A stretch of 64,000 bases of DNA from Candidatus Rifleibacteriota bacterium (GCA_024710355.1 JANJUX010000033.1:22641-86640), one strand, 5' to 3'; shown: positions 36,108 through 47,076, counted from the first letter of the stretch. Numbers and translations are program-made. The notes: generated from the letters alone by a model not told the origin.

Positions 36108-37502
36108 TTGGCAGTGATTTTTTGCTCGATTCTTCTGTTATTTATAACAGATGAGCTTTTTTCCAGCTCTCAAACACCACCGAAAGCTTCAAACATTGAA
36201 TTGGCGCATCTCAGACAGACCAGAAATGCTTCCGACAGTCTGTCTTTAAAAGCCGAAATGGCACGCAGCAAGGCTGCCGCCAGAATTTTCGGGGGCAAAA
36301 GAGTAGTCAACTTCACCCCCCGTCGCGATTTCCTCGGAACAAGAGAGTTTGAGCTGCAACGAATTATTGGGCTCAAGCCGGCAAGCGACAGCCTGCAACT
36401 GGCGCTGGAACATAAAAAGCAGTTTTCCCGCCCCAGACTGGAACTCGATGAATTTATCGCACTCTGCCACTGGGAAACCGGAAATATAGAAGAGGCCGTA
36501 AAACTAAGTAATGAGGTTCTGAACAAGAAAGAAAGTGTCAGCCTCCGGCAAAAGCTTTTCAATTCAGAGCTCAATCGTGGCTATTACGACACCGCAAAGC
36601 ACCACCTGAAACACTCAGGGCTCCCCAGAATCGCCCATTTAAAATCTCTCCTGCATTTCTTCTATTTGCGTTCAGGCCTGTATGCTTTTCTTTTCTGGGT
36701 GTTTTTACTGGTTACTTTAGGTGCGCTCGCCATCAGATTTTTTCTGCAATTATTCCCATTTGAAAAATTCAGTCAATTTTTCTTTCACAGACATAAAATA
36801 CAAACCACGACCGGTTTCCCTCTCAGTGAACCTGCAGTTATTTCACAAAAACCTGCTGGCAGCGAAAATCAGAGCAGCACGTCCGAAACAGTCACAAATC
36901 AGGACTCAACGCCCCTCCAGGGAACTAATTCCGACCTTCCTGCCAGCAAAGCTCAGTCAACGACACGACTACAGATGTTTGAAGAACTGGTTACCAGCAA
37001 AATGCTGCGGGTTATCGGTGTTTCATCGCAAAAAGAAAGTTTCAACCGCCTGGCACTGGCTCTTAAGCTTGCGATAAATTTTTCCAAAGCAGATTTTCAG
37101 ACCCTTATCATCGATGCCAACAGTTCAAAACCATATATCCATGAGATCAAAACCTGTAAAAGTTCTCCCGGCCTTTCTGACTGCTTCAATCAGACATTCG
37201 AAATCGAAACTTTCTGTCAGAAAACCAGTAGCCCCAACCTTAGAATTCTGGCTCGCGGCAGCCAGGTCATGCCATTGGCTGTTCTGCAGCCACATCAATG
37301 GAAAAGCCTGATACAGGCCTGTCAAAAAAGCTTCGACATCGTAATCGTCAATTTTCCCGGCATAATCAACCTGAAAGATAATCCAGAAACCCTGCAATCG
37401 GTTGAAATACTGGTGATAGATGGCACGGCAGACCCAGAAATCGAGATATACAAACCAATTGGAGCTGAAACAGAGCTTTATTTCTGGAACAGGAAGGGTT
37501 GA
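36108..37502 (+). CDS. BY-kinase/ParA-like P-loop homologue with a degenerate Walker A (pseudo-kinase) and one TM helix. Low-GC gene.
   Basis: The C-terminal domain reads MLRVIGVSSQKESFNRLALALKLAINFSKADFQTLIIDAN...SPGLSDCF...NLRILARGSQVMPLAVLQPHQWKSLIQACQKSFDIVIVNFPGI. It parallels the CpsD/Wzc-type BY-kinase consensus (VIxVTSxxPGEGKST...LLIDxD...GLSxxL...NLxVLxxGxxPPNP...YDxIIIDTPP), but the GEGKST motif is replaced by QKESF. It starts with TTG, and the start is uncertain. Confidence 0.5.
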   Translation: MAVIFCSILLLFITDELFSSSQTPPKASNIELAHLRQTRNASDSLSLKAEMARSKAAARIFGGKRVVNFTPRRDFLGTREFELQRIIGLKPASDSLQLALEHKKQFSRPRLELDEFIALCHWETGNIEEAVKLSNEVLNKKESVSLRQKLFNSELNRGYYDTAKHHLKHSGLPRIAHLKSLLHFFYLRSGLYAFLFWVFLLVTLGALAIRFFLQLFPFEKFSQFFFHRHKIQTTTGFPLSEPAVISQKPAGSENQSSTSETVTNQDSTPLQGTNSDLPASKAQSTTRLQMFEELVTSKMLRVIGVSSQKESFNRLALALKLAINFSKADFQTLIIDANSSKPYIHEIKTCKSSPGLSDCFNQTFEIETFCQKTSSPNLRILARGSQVMPLAVLQPHQWKSLIQACQKSFDIVIVNFPGIINLKDNPETLQSVEILVIDGTADPEIEIYKPIGAETELYFWNRKG

Positions 37503-37506
37503 GGAC

Positions 37507-40500
37507 ATGAAACAACAGACTTATAAACGGCTTAAAACAACAATAAACCGCCTGCAGCTCATGATCACCATTGCAATAATATTTTTCACAACTGTATTAA
37601 TTCGGTCTGTAGAAGCCCAGCCTTATCCTCCAATCAACATCACAGTAAATTCCCTGGCGACTTACAACCAGATAACCTGGGGGCATCACCCGCAGAACAC
37701 CGCAGGCTATGTCAAGAACTACCAGATCTGCCGGGGCATCAGCTACGGAGCCACCGCTCAGATTGCCACTGCAGCGGCTACTGCAACTTCTTTCAACGAC
37801 AATACCGTCGGACATGCCTTTGAAAAAGAGTTTTATTACACTGTACGCGCCCTCGGAACAGACGATCTGCCATCGGCAGATTCAGAACAGGTCATGCGCT
37901 TTCTGCCCACAGTAGGGCTTACCGGCACGGGCATGGGTATCAATACAATCAACAGCGTTCAATATGGCTCCTGGAAACCTTATCCCGGCCAATGGACAGA
38001 CACATATACGTATATCAGCACTACCCCAAACGGAACGAGCAATGGCTCCGATTACCCTCACAGGCAGATTATACGGGCAAGTCGGGCACTGTCTCTTACT
38101 GAAGGAACTACCTACTACCTGCGCGTCAGGATCGATGCTCCAGACTGGTGGGGAAGTCCAGCAGCGAGAAGAGCAGTTTCTTATTCCAGTTCCCTGCCAT
38201 TTGTCATTAACTCAACGGTTCCATATGAGGATAACGCCTCTTCGACTTACTTCAACAATTCACAGAACCGGGTTATGGCCGAACCACTTGCCACCGGCGG
38301 AGTCGGAACGACGCTTTTCAGCAATAACGGGGGTAATTTCTGGCGTATCCGCAGACCCGTGGGTGTCAGCGCTCATGTCAATAACCTTGTTTTTCCATCC
38401 GTAACCCCGAATGCTGCTACCCCAGCCAGAATTAATTCGCCGTGCCGCGTTGTGATTACAGGTATACCTGCGGGCGAAATTGCCGCAACTCGTGCTGACG
38501 ACGAGGTCAGGGTTGCCGACCAGTATGGCAACGAGTTGCCCTGCGTCGTTTATAACGAAACGACCGCAGCCGGATCGGTTACAGGTTTTGACGTTCACTT
38601 CATCACCAGCCAGGACGGCACAGCCCAGGAAATCTACTGGATTTACTGGGGCAACCCCGATGCATCCGTTCCGACTTATACAAACCCGGGGTTTTCTGAT
38701 AACTTTTCAACAACTTCGCAGTTCGCGGTTTCTCCATGGTATTCGCGCCGAATTCACCGCGGCGGTATCGAAACAGCAAGCGTACCTTTCAACGACCCGA
38801 GCAGGTTGATTCCAGATCCGCCCAGTCCCATAGATGACATGTCGGCATCGAAGGTCCTGGGCTTTGTATTTCCTCATTTCGACTTTGCAACCAATACGGT
38901 CAACGTTTCTACCAACGGCTACATCTCGTTCCCGCCAGATTCCCAGCCACTAAACGATATGGCTGTTTTTACCGGGGCGGGTCCCAACCGTTTCATCGCA
39001 CCTTTCTGGTGCAATCTTATGGAAAACGATGCCGTTCCCTCGAATGCCGGGCTTTACTATCACAATCTCGACAGCGGCACAGCAGCAAGACATCGCGCCA
39101 TGTTCACCTGGCGGGCCAATCGCTTCAATGCTACAACCGAAAGTTACATTTTTCAGGCGGCCCTTTATCGGCAGGGTGACATAGCCTTTCGCTACGAAAC
39201 TCTCAATTTCGGCGCATTAACAACAGTTCCATCACTCTCGGGCGACAACCCGATCAATGTCCCGCCACACCACACAGCCGGAATAAGTGCGACTGACGGT
39301 AATCGCTGGCTCGGCATCACCGATGGCACGACCAGCCAGGAAGTCGTTTCCCTTCGCGATGGCTCAGGAAGAAATGTTATTCATTATTTTCAGTCCTGCC
39401 ACGGCTGGACAATAAATCTTGGCTACACCGACCCGACAAACACCTGTTCCATGGCCGGGCCAACCTGCGTCGCCGATTACGAATCGAGAATTTTCGATGG
39501 CCGCAGTTCTGCCCCGACCTGGACCAATATGGAATACCAGATTACTGGTACCGGTCTTATAGACCTGTATGTCAGAAGCTCGGGCACCACGAACTTTCCG
39601 GCCTGGAACGCCGGGCACCTTGTTGGCGCGAACCTGGCTGCAAGCACCGGGGTAATAAATCTGACGCTGCCGACAGACCGTTATGTTCAGTATAAAGCCG
39701 TCTTCAAAAAGAGTAACAGTGGCGAAAACCCGGTTTTGCGGCGTGTCAAATTCAGTGTCGGTTATGTAACGATTGACAGCGTCACAAATCAGTATAACAA
39801 CCTCGACGTATCGCAGGGCCAGACATTTCTGGCATCGATGACCTACACGAACAAATACTCGAACCCTGTCGACACGATTACAGCCTCCTTGACCTTTACC
39901 CCCGCCTCTGCAATTCAGACATGGGTTCAGACTTCGCCCCTGCCGACAGGTGTTCTGACAGATACTTCAGCCACCGTCAGCTTTTCGATCTCCGTCGACC
40001 AGAACTCAGGCAATCTCGATGCTTGGACTGTAGTCAACGGCTACCTCTCAGCCGGGGACGGATTAGCGACTCTTACAAATTCAACCGCGCTCGTAACCAG
40101 CCAATACCGCATCCGAAGAAAGGCAGATCTTATCATAAATTCTGTCGATACCACCTTCGAAAAAGTTAACAAGGGCCAGGGTGGCATACCGGTTCAGATG
40201 ACGATCAGCAATGGCTCCCCCCAGGTTCCGCTCGTCCTGCAGACTGCCTCGCTGACCTTTTCTCTTGGGCAATACACACTTTCTCCTGAATTTGTTTTTG
40301 ACCCTGCGGACCAGGGCCTTTTTGGCTCATACTTTTACACGACGACAGGCAACCCACCGCCTTTTCCGACGCAGGCCAGTGCAACCCGGCTCGATAGTAC
40401 GGTAAATTTTAACTGGGGTGCTGCCAGTCCAATTCCCGGAGTTATCAGTGCCGATTATTTCGCCGTGCGCTGGAGTGGCTATGTAATCCCTGAATTCAGT

Positions 40501-43500
40501 GAAGACTACACATTCTATTTCTGGGCCGACGATGGCGTAAGAGTTTGGGTTAACGGGCAGATTATCATCAATTCGTGGGTTACATCAGCATCCGAAAAAA
40601 CTTCTGTGTCTGTGCCACTCACAGCCGGAGTTCCGGCAGAGATTGTCATAGACTATTACGAGCGCGCCAGCAATGCCAGAGCCGAATTAAGCTGGTCATC
40701 GCCGTCTCAGGCCAAACAGACTGTTCCGACTGCTCGCCTCAAGCCGGCATATCTGCCGGTCATTCATGGTGGGCAATCAATAACTCTCAATTATACCGTG
40801 GCAGTTCAACCAACATCTCCTTCTGGGGTTGCATATATCAAGGGCATCGCGTCTGGCACTAACGCCTGGGTGCCTGGCCTGGTAACAGACTCAAACAGCC
40901 CGCTCGTATTCGACTCCTGGATAATTCAATCGCCGGCAAGCCTTTCTATCGGGCTGATAAAGGCTCCTGCGGTAGTTTACCGTGGTCAGGCAAATGTTCC
41001 GGTTGAAGTTGAAATAATCAATACCGGAGAAGCTGATGCCCAGATTGCCTCAATTCCTCTTTTCATCTCACTTGGAGACTATGAAAACATAATACCAGGG
41101 CAAATAATGCCGGTAACGATTACCGGCGGACAGAGCAAATTCATCAAGGTTCTGGTCTCGATTCTCGAAAGTACTGCGACCGGCAGTGCGATTATCGACG
41201 CAGAAGTATCAGGAACCGACGTCAACAATGGTTCGTCACTTTCAACCGCTGGTGCAGCAGTGCCAGGTGAATGGACAGTTCTTGCAGAAAAGATCCTTTC
41301 GTATAAAGATCCATCGTATCTTTATCCTTCCAATGCTTTTTCGCAGCCTGACTCTGGCGAAACCTTCATCTATGCCCTTGCAGAAAACCTGGTTCCTCTC
41401 AAAGAATACGGAATCCGCTGGTATGATGCCTCCGGCTCCGAGATTATCTCTGCAACCACGATAGGCTTTTCTGATAATACCGGCAAACTTGCCGGAGAAT
41501 GGTCGATAACCTCTGCCACAGACTTTGGTGTTTACACAGTTAAAATAACTAACCCGGTGAACACCTATTCGCCCTCACAAACCAACTTCAGAGTCGTGAC
41601 CAGCGCTTCGGTTTCAGCAACACTTGAATTGCCTCAGAAGGTTTCAGTCGGGCAGGCATTTCAGGGCAGGATGGTCATAACTAATATCGGTGGTGCAGAG
41701 GCTGCCGGCATGGTACCAGACCCACTCACCATAGCCGGGCCTGGAACTGCAAATCTCACGTCTGGCCCATCACCAGCAGCAATAGACGTTCCGGGTGAAA
41801 GCACCGCCACCATAACCTACAACTATACGGCAACTGGTCAGGGCAATTTTCAGATTTCGGCTGGAGACAGTGGTTTTGATGCCAGCAATGACAAAGCAAT
41901 CCAGGCGGCCTACATCGATTCAAACCTTTGTCTGATTCAAACCCCTGCCATAATAGATATCGTCTCCCTCACTGCAACACCTACAATTGTCTACCGTGAT
42001 CAGAAAAATATTGAAGTGATGATGGCCCTGCAGAATACTGGGGAAGCTGACGCAATAATCAGTCTCGCCGATCTTCGTTCACCGCCCAACAATAACCTTT
42101 CGTTTGCCACATTCACCCTGGCATCCCCGACGATCCCGGCAACTGTGCCGGGCAACAGTACTGCAACCTTTACCTTCAGAGTAAATATCAACGGCACTGC
42201 CCCGGCCGGACCAGCTGTAATGACGGCAAGAGCCAGTTATACAGATGCGAACAATCCCACAACTCCCGCCACGCTGATCAACCAGACCCTTTCCTGGACA
42301 ATCAACACCGCGAACCTTCTCCTTTACATCAATAACACTTTTACGACCCCATGTTACGCATTCAATGACGGATCAACCGTATTCGCACGAGCTTCCGGGC
42401 TTGCAACCAACACCAACGTCAGAATACGATTTTATGAAAGCACAGAGCCATACCCACCCGTAGACGTTGGCGTTGGAATTTTGACCCCGCTCAACACCGG
42501 CGATACCGGAATAGTGTCTCACCCCGGGCATCTGATACCGCCTGGAACTGACAAACTGCAAAGATGGATGGCAGTTGTAGACGATGGCGATGACGCGACC
42601 GTAGGCAATATCTTTGCGGTACAGTTCTTTGATGTCTTCAGCCTGGCAACCTTCTCAGTAAGCCTCGAAATTGCCAGCCCCACATGCTTTGTCGGTGATC
42701 TGGTAAACGCCAATCTGACGATTAACAATATCGCGACCTGGCCAACCAACGTTCGTCTTTACCTTAATTCATTTAATCACAGCTACCTTGCCCACAGCGC
42801 CGGCACATTTAACAGAATCAGCGCTCAAACCGGGGTTTACCAGCCGTCTCCAAGCGGCTCTTCCAGGACTTACAATTCTGTACTGCAGGCAACTAACGAT
42901 TCGGCAATTGAAGGCAGCTCATACATCACCATTCCGGGCAATTCTTTACGTTTGTATGATGACAGTTTCGGGGTAACGAACTACTACACCAATTATCCTC
43001 TGCAGATAAACGCCCAGAGCCCCACACGGGTTTTTCGCAACAACTTCAGGCTGGAAACTCTGCCACAACCTTCTGCTGAGCCAGGATTACGTGGAGAATA
43101 TTATAATCTGATAGCAGTTAACGCAACTCAACCAATGCCGATCAGTGACCCGGCAACCACAACGATCAATGCGAATGTCAACTTCAACTGGGGAGGGGGC
43201 TCGCCGGCTCCAGGGGTCGTAAACACTGATTACCATGCAGTCCGTTGGAGTGGCCTGGTAACTCCTGACTTCAGTGAAAATTATACCTTTTTTGCCCGCA
43301 CCGATGACGGTTTTAGATTGTGGGTGAATGGCAATCTGATTTACGAAGATTGGGTCACACGGGCAGCTATAGAAAGAAGCGGTTCTATAGCTTTAACAGC
43401 CGGAGTACCTGTACCGATTGTTTTAGAAATGTTTTCAAATACTGGCACCTCGATCGCTGAACTAAGATGGCAAAGCCCATCAGTAGCCAAAAGCATTATA

Positions 43501-46500
43501 CCCGCTGCCAACCTGAGTTATATCCCATATCAGTCACCAATCTGGGATTTCGGCATTGCGGAACCCGGCAGCATCAGCAGTAAAATTGCAAATCTGATTA
43601 CCAATACCGGGAACCATAATCTTGAACGCATCAGGCTTTCGCAGGTTGACCTGCGAAAATCCGTTTCAGAGTCTATTTCTGGGTCGAATCTAACAGCTGA
43701 CCCGCCATTTCCATTCAATCTTCCGGTTGAGAACAACATGACTTTCGAAGCTTCGCTTCTCATACCGTTTTACCAGCCCCCCGGAGTTTACGTTGCAACA
43801 ATGGCAATATTCGAAGATCATAATGATTCTCAGGCCCTTGATCTTGCCCGACAATCCCGCGAGCCCCACACATTGATTTTTACAAAAGTTGAAGTTAAAG
43901 CTGTTGCCAAAGCAGTGCTTACCGATAACTTCATCGATCTCGGGGTCATAGAAGCAGGAGCGACAAGCACTGAACAACAGATCGAGATCATTGGTGTCGG
44001 AAATCAGAATCTCACCGATCTTAAGTTCGACGACATGTCTGCGCATGGCATCACCATTACGCCCCTGATTTTCGGGGCGATGGCATACAATGGCTATCAA
44101 ACCGCCAGCATTTCGGTAACTGTTCCACTGGCACAGATCCCGGGAGTTTTTTATGCAACCGGAACGGTACGCAACGATATACCAGGCGGAGCAAGCGAAG
44201 ATTTTACGGTTAAGTGGGCGGTTGGCACGCAAACTCTAGCGGTTAGCCCCGAGCTGATGGCACTTGGCAATGCAACCCCGACCTTCACTTTGCCAACCTT
44301 CGTGACCACCATCGACAATACCGGTGAGCTGCCGCTTTCCAGACTGAAAGGTGTTTCTACAGAGTTTATCAACCAGAGTCAGGCCGGAACAATAGCTTCA
44401 GACAATGTCAACCTCACTTCGCCATCATTAATCGATGTTGCCGATTCAGAAACCACTCCCGTATACGTTTATGTACCCGGCGGCAAGGCAACCGGAACCT
44501 ATCTTGCGTCATTCACATGGTATGAAGATCTGAATCTCAATCAGAATCCTGAAGTTTTTGAAGCAAAGGACATGGCAATCGCCTCATTCGTCATTCAGGC
44601 TTTTTACAGACTCTATTCACTCAAATCAACCGAAGACTTTGGCGGTGTCAAGCCAGATACGACCAAAACTGTCTCGGTTGGCGTCAGAAATGCCGGCAGT
44701 TTGCCCATAACCCGTCTCAGATTTATTACCAGCGATCTTTCAGACGGAACCGACATTTTTGACGATGCCCATATGACAGTTCCGGCCGATGTACTGAATA
44801 TTGCTCCCGGCGAACTGCGATATTTCGACCTCAGTGCGGCCGTTCCTGCTGCCCACACAAAGGGGGTCTTCATAGGTTCTATGACCGTCTACGGTGATCT
44901 CGACACCGATGATACTTTCGACACTTCTGATGAGCCCTGGTGCGATATCAAGCTCCGAATTGAAATCGGCGATCAGGCAATCGCAATAACGGCACCAGTA
45001 GAAGCGGTTATGGCCGGCAATGCCGCATCGTCAACCAATCAGATTTCTGTGACCACGAAAAATACTGGCTCGATGGCTCTGTCGAGAGTAAGAACGCAGG
45101 GAACTGACCTGATTGCAACTTCCGGTGCTGTTATTGCATCAACAAGCTTTCAATATTCACCTTCTGCACTTCTTGGCTCGCTGGTAATAAACCAGAGTCG
45201 TTCTAATTCGGCGTGGGTATTCGTGCCGTTTGGCCAGTCTCCAGGTCTTTATGAGGGCTCCATCTGGTCATGGGAAGATGCCAACAACGATGGCATAAGA
45301 CAACCCGAAGAAACTGCAGCCTCGATTCCTGTCAAGTTGACCGTTACGACTCTTAAAGCCGTCCAGACTTCACCCACATCTATCAATTTAGGAGTTATGG
45401 CTCGCGGCGACCTGGCAACTGCTTCGGTACTGGCGCAAAACGTCGGAAACACCGGACTTGTCGATGCGCGATGGGAAAAAGGCATTCTGAACGGGCCAAC
45501 CCCAATCGCTGCGACCAGCATTGCCATTACCCCGGATCCGGTAGGAGTAGTTGTTGCACCACCTGTGGGCCTACCGGAAAACATTGTTTCAACGCTGACT
45601 TTGACAATTCCGACAACTACATCCGATGGTCTTTATAACGGTGTAATGGTTTTCTTCGATGACGACATCGACCCGGCTCTCAATGTTTTCAATACCGGCC
45701 TTGAACAGTTTGCCAATCTGACAGTCACCGTTCAGGTTGTTACCCCGTTCTTCACGGTAAACCCCGATCCGATAGTTATTCCAGCAAGTGACCCAACCGG
45801 ACCCACCGCATCAGGTGCCTTTACAATAAGCAACAGCGGCAGCATCGCCTTCAAAAAACCCCGTTACAGTATTTCAAATCTCGCTAACGGAGCCAGCACG
45901 ATAGCCTCTTCAACGGTTAAAATTGTGCCCGCTGCGATCAGCGCTCTTCTGCCTGGTCAGAACGAAGCGGCAGAGATTTCTACGACCGTTTCACCGGCGA
46001 CAGCGTATCCCCCGGGGGTTTATTCAGGCGTCTTTACAATCTATGACGACCGCAACAACAACAATGTCAGAGACGCCTACGAATCGTTCCTCGCCGTTCC
46101 TGTCAATCTCACCGTCAATTCATATCCACGACTTGATATAATTCCGGCAAGCTTTGACGCAGGTAAAATTGCCCGCAATACCTTTTCGCCCACACTGCGT
46201 CTTGGCTTCAGAAACACCGGAAATACGCCATTGAACGGCCTGGCCTGGACAAAAAACGATATGTTCAAAGCTCCCGGCATTTTAATACCGGTCGCCAGTC
46301 TGAGTTTCTCGTTTTCCCAGCCCGAGCCGATCAGTCCTGGGGTAATTGCTACGGCAGAACTCATAATCGGAAGGATTTCTCCGGACCAGGAACTCGGCGG
46401 GCCATACGGACCAGTCGAACAGTTTTTGCAGGCCGGAACAGCTGTCGATTCAGTCTTCATTGAGTGCGAAATAATACCTGGCGGCCCTCAGGGGCTTGAT

Positions 46501-47001
46501 AAGGGCAGTGTCTGGCAGGAGGTCGCAACAAAGACCTTTCCGGTTGCCCCATTGACCAGCAACTACCTCCTTTCGGCCTATGTCTGCCCAGGCTCAGGTT
46601 CAGCCAGAATTGGTTTTCTCATGACCGACGAAGTAGGTATCCAAACGGGCTATAGTGGCATTGAAGTCGGCGAGAACGGTAATGCCAGCCTTATTGGCGC
46701 AACCGGAGCAGTGCTTGAAAAACATCTGGTTGAATATGCCCCCGGTGTAGAATTGCCATGGTACAGAGTATTTATACAGTTTTCCTACGGTTTCGACTCT
46801 GCAGTTGCAAGCAAAACATACATTCTTCTGCAGAATACCGGCCCGGAAGGCCTCGGACATGCGGCATGGTTCGATGGCATTCAACTTGAGAAGGCCAAAC
46901 TCAATCAAACAAAACCAACATCGTGGAGCGACAGAGCCAAAATCATTGCGCCGGGCCAGGCATCAGATCTCTCAGGCAGAAACAGCTATTACGAGTGGTA
47001 A
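37507..47001 (+). CDS. Giant secreted surface protein (3165 aa) with two PA14 domains and numerous Ig/CARDB-like beta-sandwich repeats (putative adhesin or surface-layer component).
   Basis: The signal peptide is MKQQTYKRLKTTINRLQLMITIAIIFFTTVLIRSVEA, and GAGG lies 3 nt before the ATG. PA14-1 spans about 40315-40745 (GLFGSYFYTT...NFNWGAASPIPGVISADYFAVRWSGYVIPEFSEDYTFYFWADDGVRVWVNGQ...). PA14-2 spans about 43084-43525 (GLRGEYYNL...NFNWGGGSPAPGVVNTDYHAVRWSGLVTPDFSENYTFFARTDDGFRLWVNGN...). The motif (V/I)xN(T/A/V)G(N/S)xxL/A recurs 15 or more times. The protein is Thr/Ser/Asn/Gly-rich and has many N-x-T/S sites. Confidence 0.85.
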   Translation: MKQQTYKRLKTTINRLQLMITIAIIFFTTVLIRSVEAQPYPPINITVNSLATYNQITWGHHPQNTAGYVKNYQICRGISYGATAQIATAAATATSFNDNTVGHAFEKEFYYTVRALGTDDLPSADSEQVMRFLPTVGLTGTGMGINTINSVQYGSWKPYPGQWTDTYTYISTTPNGTSNGSDYPHRQIIRASRALSLTEGTTYYLRVRIDAPDWWGSPAARRAVSYSSSLPFVINSTVPYEDNASSTYFNNSQNRVMAEPLATGGVGTTLFSNNGGNFWRIRRPVGVSAHVNNLVFPSVTPNAATPARINSPCRVVITGIPAGEIAATRADDEVRVADQYGNELPCVVYNETTAAGSVTGFDVHFITSQDGTAQEIYWIYWGNPDASVPTYTNPGFSDNFSTTSQFAVSPWYSRRIHRGGIETASVPFNDPSRLIPDPPSPIDDMSASKVLGFVFPHFDFATNTVNVSTNGYISFPPDSQPLNDMAVFTGAGPNRFIAPFWCNLMENDAVPSNAGLYYHNLDSGTAARHRAMFTWRANRFNATTESYIFQAALYRQGDIAFRYETLNFGALTTVPSLSGDNPINVPPHHTAGISATDGNRWLGITDGTTSQEVVSLRDGSGRNVIHYFQSCHGWTINLGYTDPTNTCSMAGPTCVADYESRIFDGRSSAPTWTNMEYQITGTGLIDLYVRSSGTTNFPAWNAGHLVGANLAASTGVINLTLPTDRYVQYKAVFKKSNSGENPVLRRVKFSVGYVTIDSVTNQYNNLDVSQGQTFLASMTYTNKYSNPVDTITASLTFTPASAIQTWVQTSPLPTGVLTDTSATVSFSISVDQNSGNLDAWTVVNGYLSAGDGLATLTNSTALVTSQYRIRRKADLIINSVDTTFEKVNKGQGGIPVQMTISNGSPQVPLVLQTASLTFSLGQYTLSPEFVFDPADQGLFGSYFYTTTGNPPPFPTQASATRLDSTVNFNWGAASPIPGVISADYFAVRWSGYVIPEFSEDYTFYFWADDGVRVWVNGQIIINSWVTSASEKTSVSVPLTAGVPAEIVIDYYERASNARAELSWSSPSQAKQTVPTARLKPAYLPVIHGGQSITLNYTVAVQPTSPSGVAYIKGIASGTNAWVPGLVTDSNSPLVFDSWIIQSPASLSIGLIKAPAVVYRGQANVPVEVEIINTGEADAQIASIPLFISLGDYENIIPGQIMPVTITGGQSKFIKVLVSILESTATGSAIIDAEVSGTDVNNGSSLSTAGAAVPGEWTVLAEKILSYKDPSYLYPSNAFSQPDSGETFIYALAENLVPLKEYGIRWYDASGSEIISATTIGFSDNTGKLAGEWSITSATDFGVYTVKITNPVNTYSPSQTNFRVVTSASVSATLELPQKVSVGQAFQGRMVITNIGGAEAAGMVPDPLTIAGPGTANLTSGPSPAAIDVPGESTATITYNYTATGQGNFQISAGDSGFDASNDKAIQAAYIDSNLCLIQTPAIIDIVSLTATPTIVYRDQKNIEVMMALQNTGEADAIISLADLRSPPNNNLSFATFTLASPTIPATVPGNSTATFTFRVNINGTAPAGPAVMTARASYTDANNPTTPATLINQTLSWTINTANLLLYINNTFTTPCYAFNDGSTVFARASGLATNTNVRIRFYESTEPYPPVDVGVGILTPLNTGDTGIVSHPGHLIPPGTDKLQRWMAVVDDGDDATVGNIFAVQFFDVFSLATFSVSLEIASPTCFVGDLVNANLTINNIATWPTNVRLYLNSFNHSYLAHSAGTFNRISAQTGVYQPSPSGSSRTYNSVLQATNDSAIEGSSYITIPGNSLRLYDDSFGVTNYYTNYPLQINAQSPTRVFRNNFRLETLPQPSAEPGLRGEYYNLIAVNATQPMPISDPATTTINANVNFNWGGGSPAPGVVNTDYHAVRWSGLVTPDFSENYTFFARTDDGFRLWVNGNLIYEDWVTRAAIERSGSIALTAGVPVPIVLEMFSNTGTSIAELRWQSPSVAKSIIPAANLSYIPYQSPIWDFGIAEPGSISSKIANLITNTGNHNLERIRLSQVDLRKSVSESISGSNLTADPPFPFNLPVENNMTFEASLLIPFYQPPGVYVATMAIFEDHNDSQALDLARQSREPHTLIFTKVEVKAVAKAVLTDNFIDLGVIEAGATSTEQQIEIIGVGNQNLTDLKFDDMSAHGITITPLIFGAMAYNGYQTASISVTVPLAQIPGVFYATGTVRNDIPGGASEDFTVKWAVGTQTLAVSPELMALGNATPTFTLPTFVTTIDNTGELPLSRLKGVSTEFINQSQAGTIASDNVNLTSPSLIDVADSETTPVYVYVPGGKATGTYLASFTWYEDLNLNQNPEVFEAKDMAIASFVIQAFYRLYSLKSTEDFGGVKPDTTKTVSVGVRNAGSLPITRLRFITSDLSDGTDIFDDAHMTVPADVLNIAPGELRYFDLSAAVPAAHTKGVFIGSMTVYGDLDTDDTFDTSDEPWCDIKLRIEIGDQAIAITAPVEAVMAGNAASSTNQISVTTKNTGSMALSRVRTQGTDLIATSGAVIASTSFQYSPSALLGSLVINQSRSNSAWVFVPFGQSPGLYEGSIWSWEDANNDGIRQPEETAASIPVKLTVTTLKAVQTSPTSINLGVMARGDLATASVLAQNVGNTGLVDARWEKGILNGPTPIAATSIAITPDPVGVVVAPPVGLPENIVSTLTLTIPTTTSDGLYNGVMVFFDDDIDPALNVFNTGLEQFANLTVTVQVVTPFFTVNPDPIVIPASDPTGPTASGAFTISNSGSIAFKKPRYSISNLANGASTIASSTVKIVPAAISALLPGQNEAAEISTTVSPATAYPPGVYSGVFTIYDDRNNNNVRDAYESFLAVPVNLTVNSYPRLDIIPASFDAGKIARNTFSPTLRLGFRNTGNTPLNGLAWTKNDMFKAPGILIPVASLSFSFSQPEPISPGVIATAELIIGRISPDQELGGPYGPVEQFLQAGTAVDSVFIECEIIPGGPQGLDKGSVWQEVATKTFPVAPLTSNYLLSAYVCPGSGSARIGFLMTDEVGIQTGYSGIEVGENGNASLIGATGAVLEKHLVEYAPGVELPWYRVFIQFSYGFDSAVASKTYILLQNTGPEGLGHAAWFDGIQLEKAKLNQTKPTSWSDRAKIIAPGQASDLSGRNSYYEW

Positions 47002-47076
47002 AACTCTTTAACGGGCGATAAAAAAAGCAGGCCCGGTTAGCTCCCGGGCCTGCGTCAGCTTAGAAAAGACTTTGGG

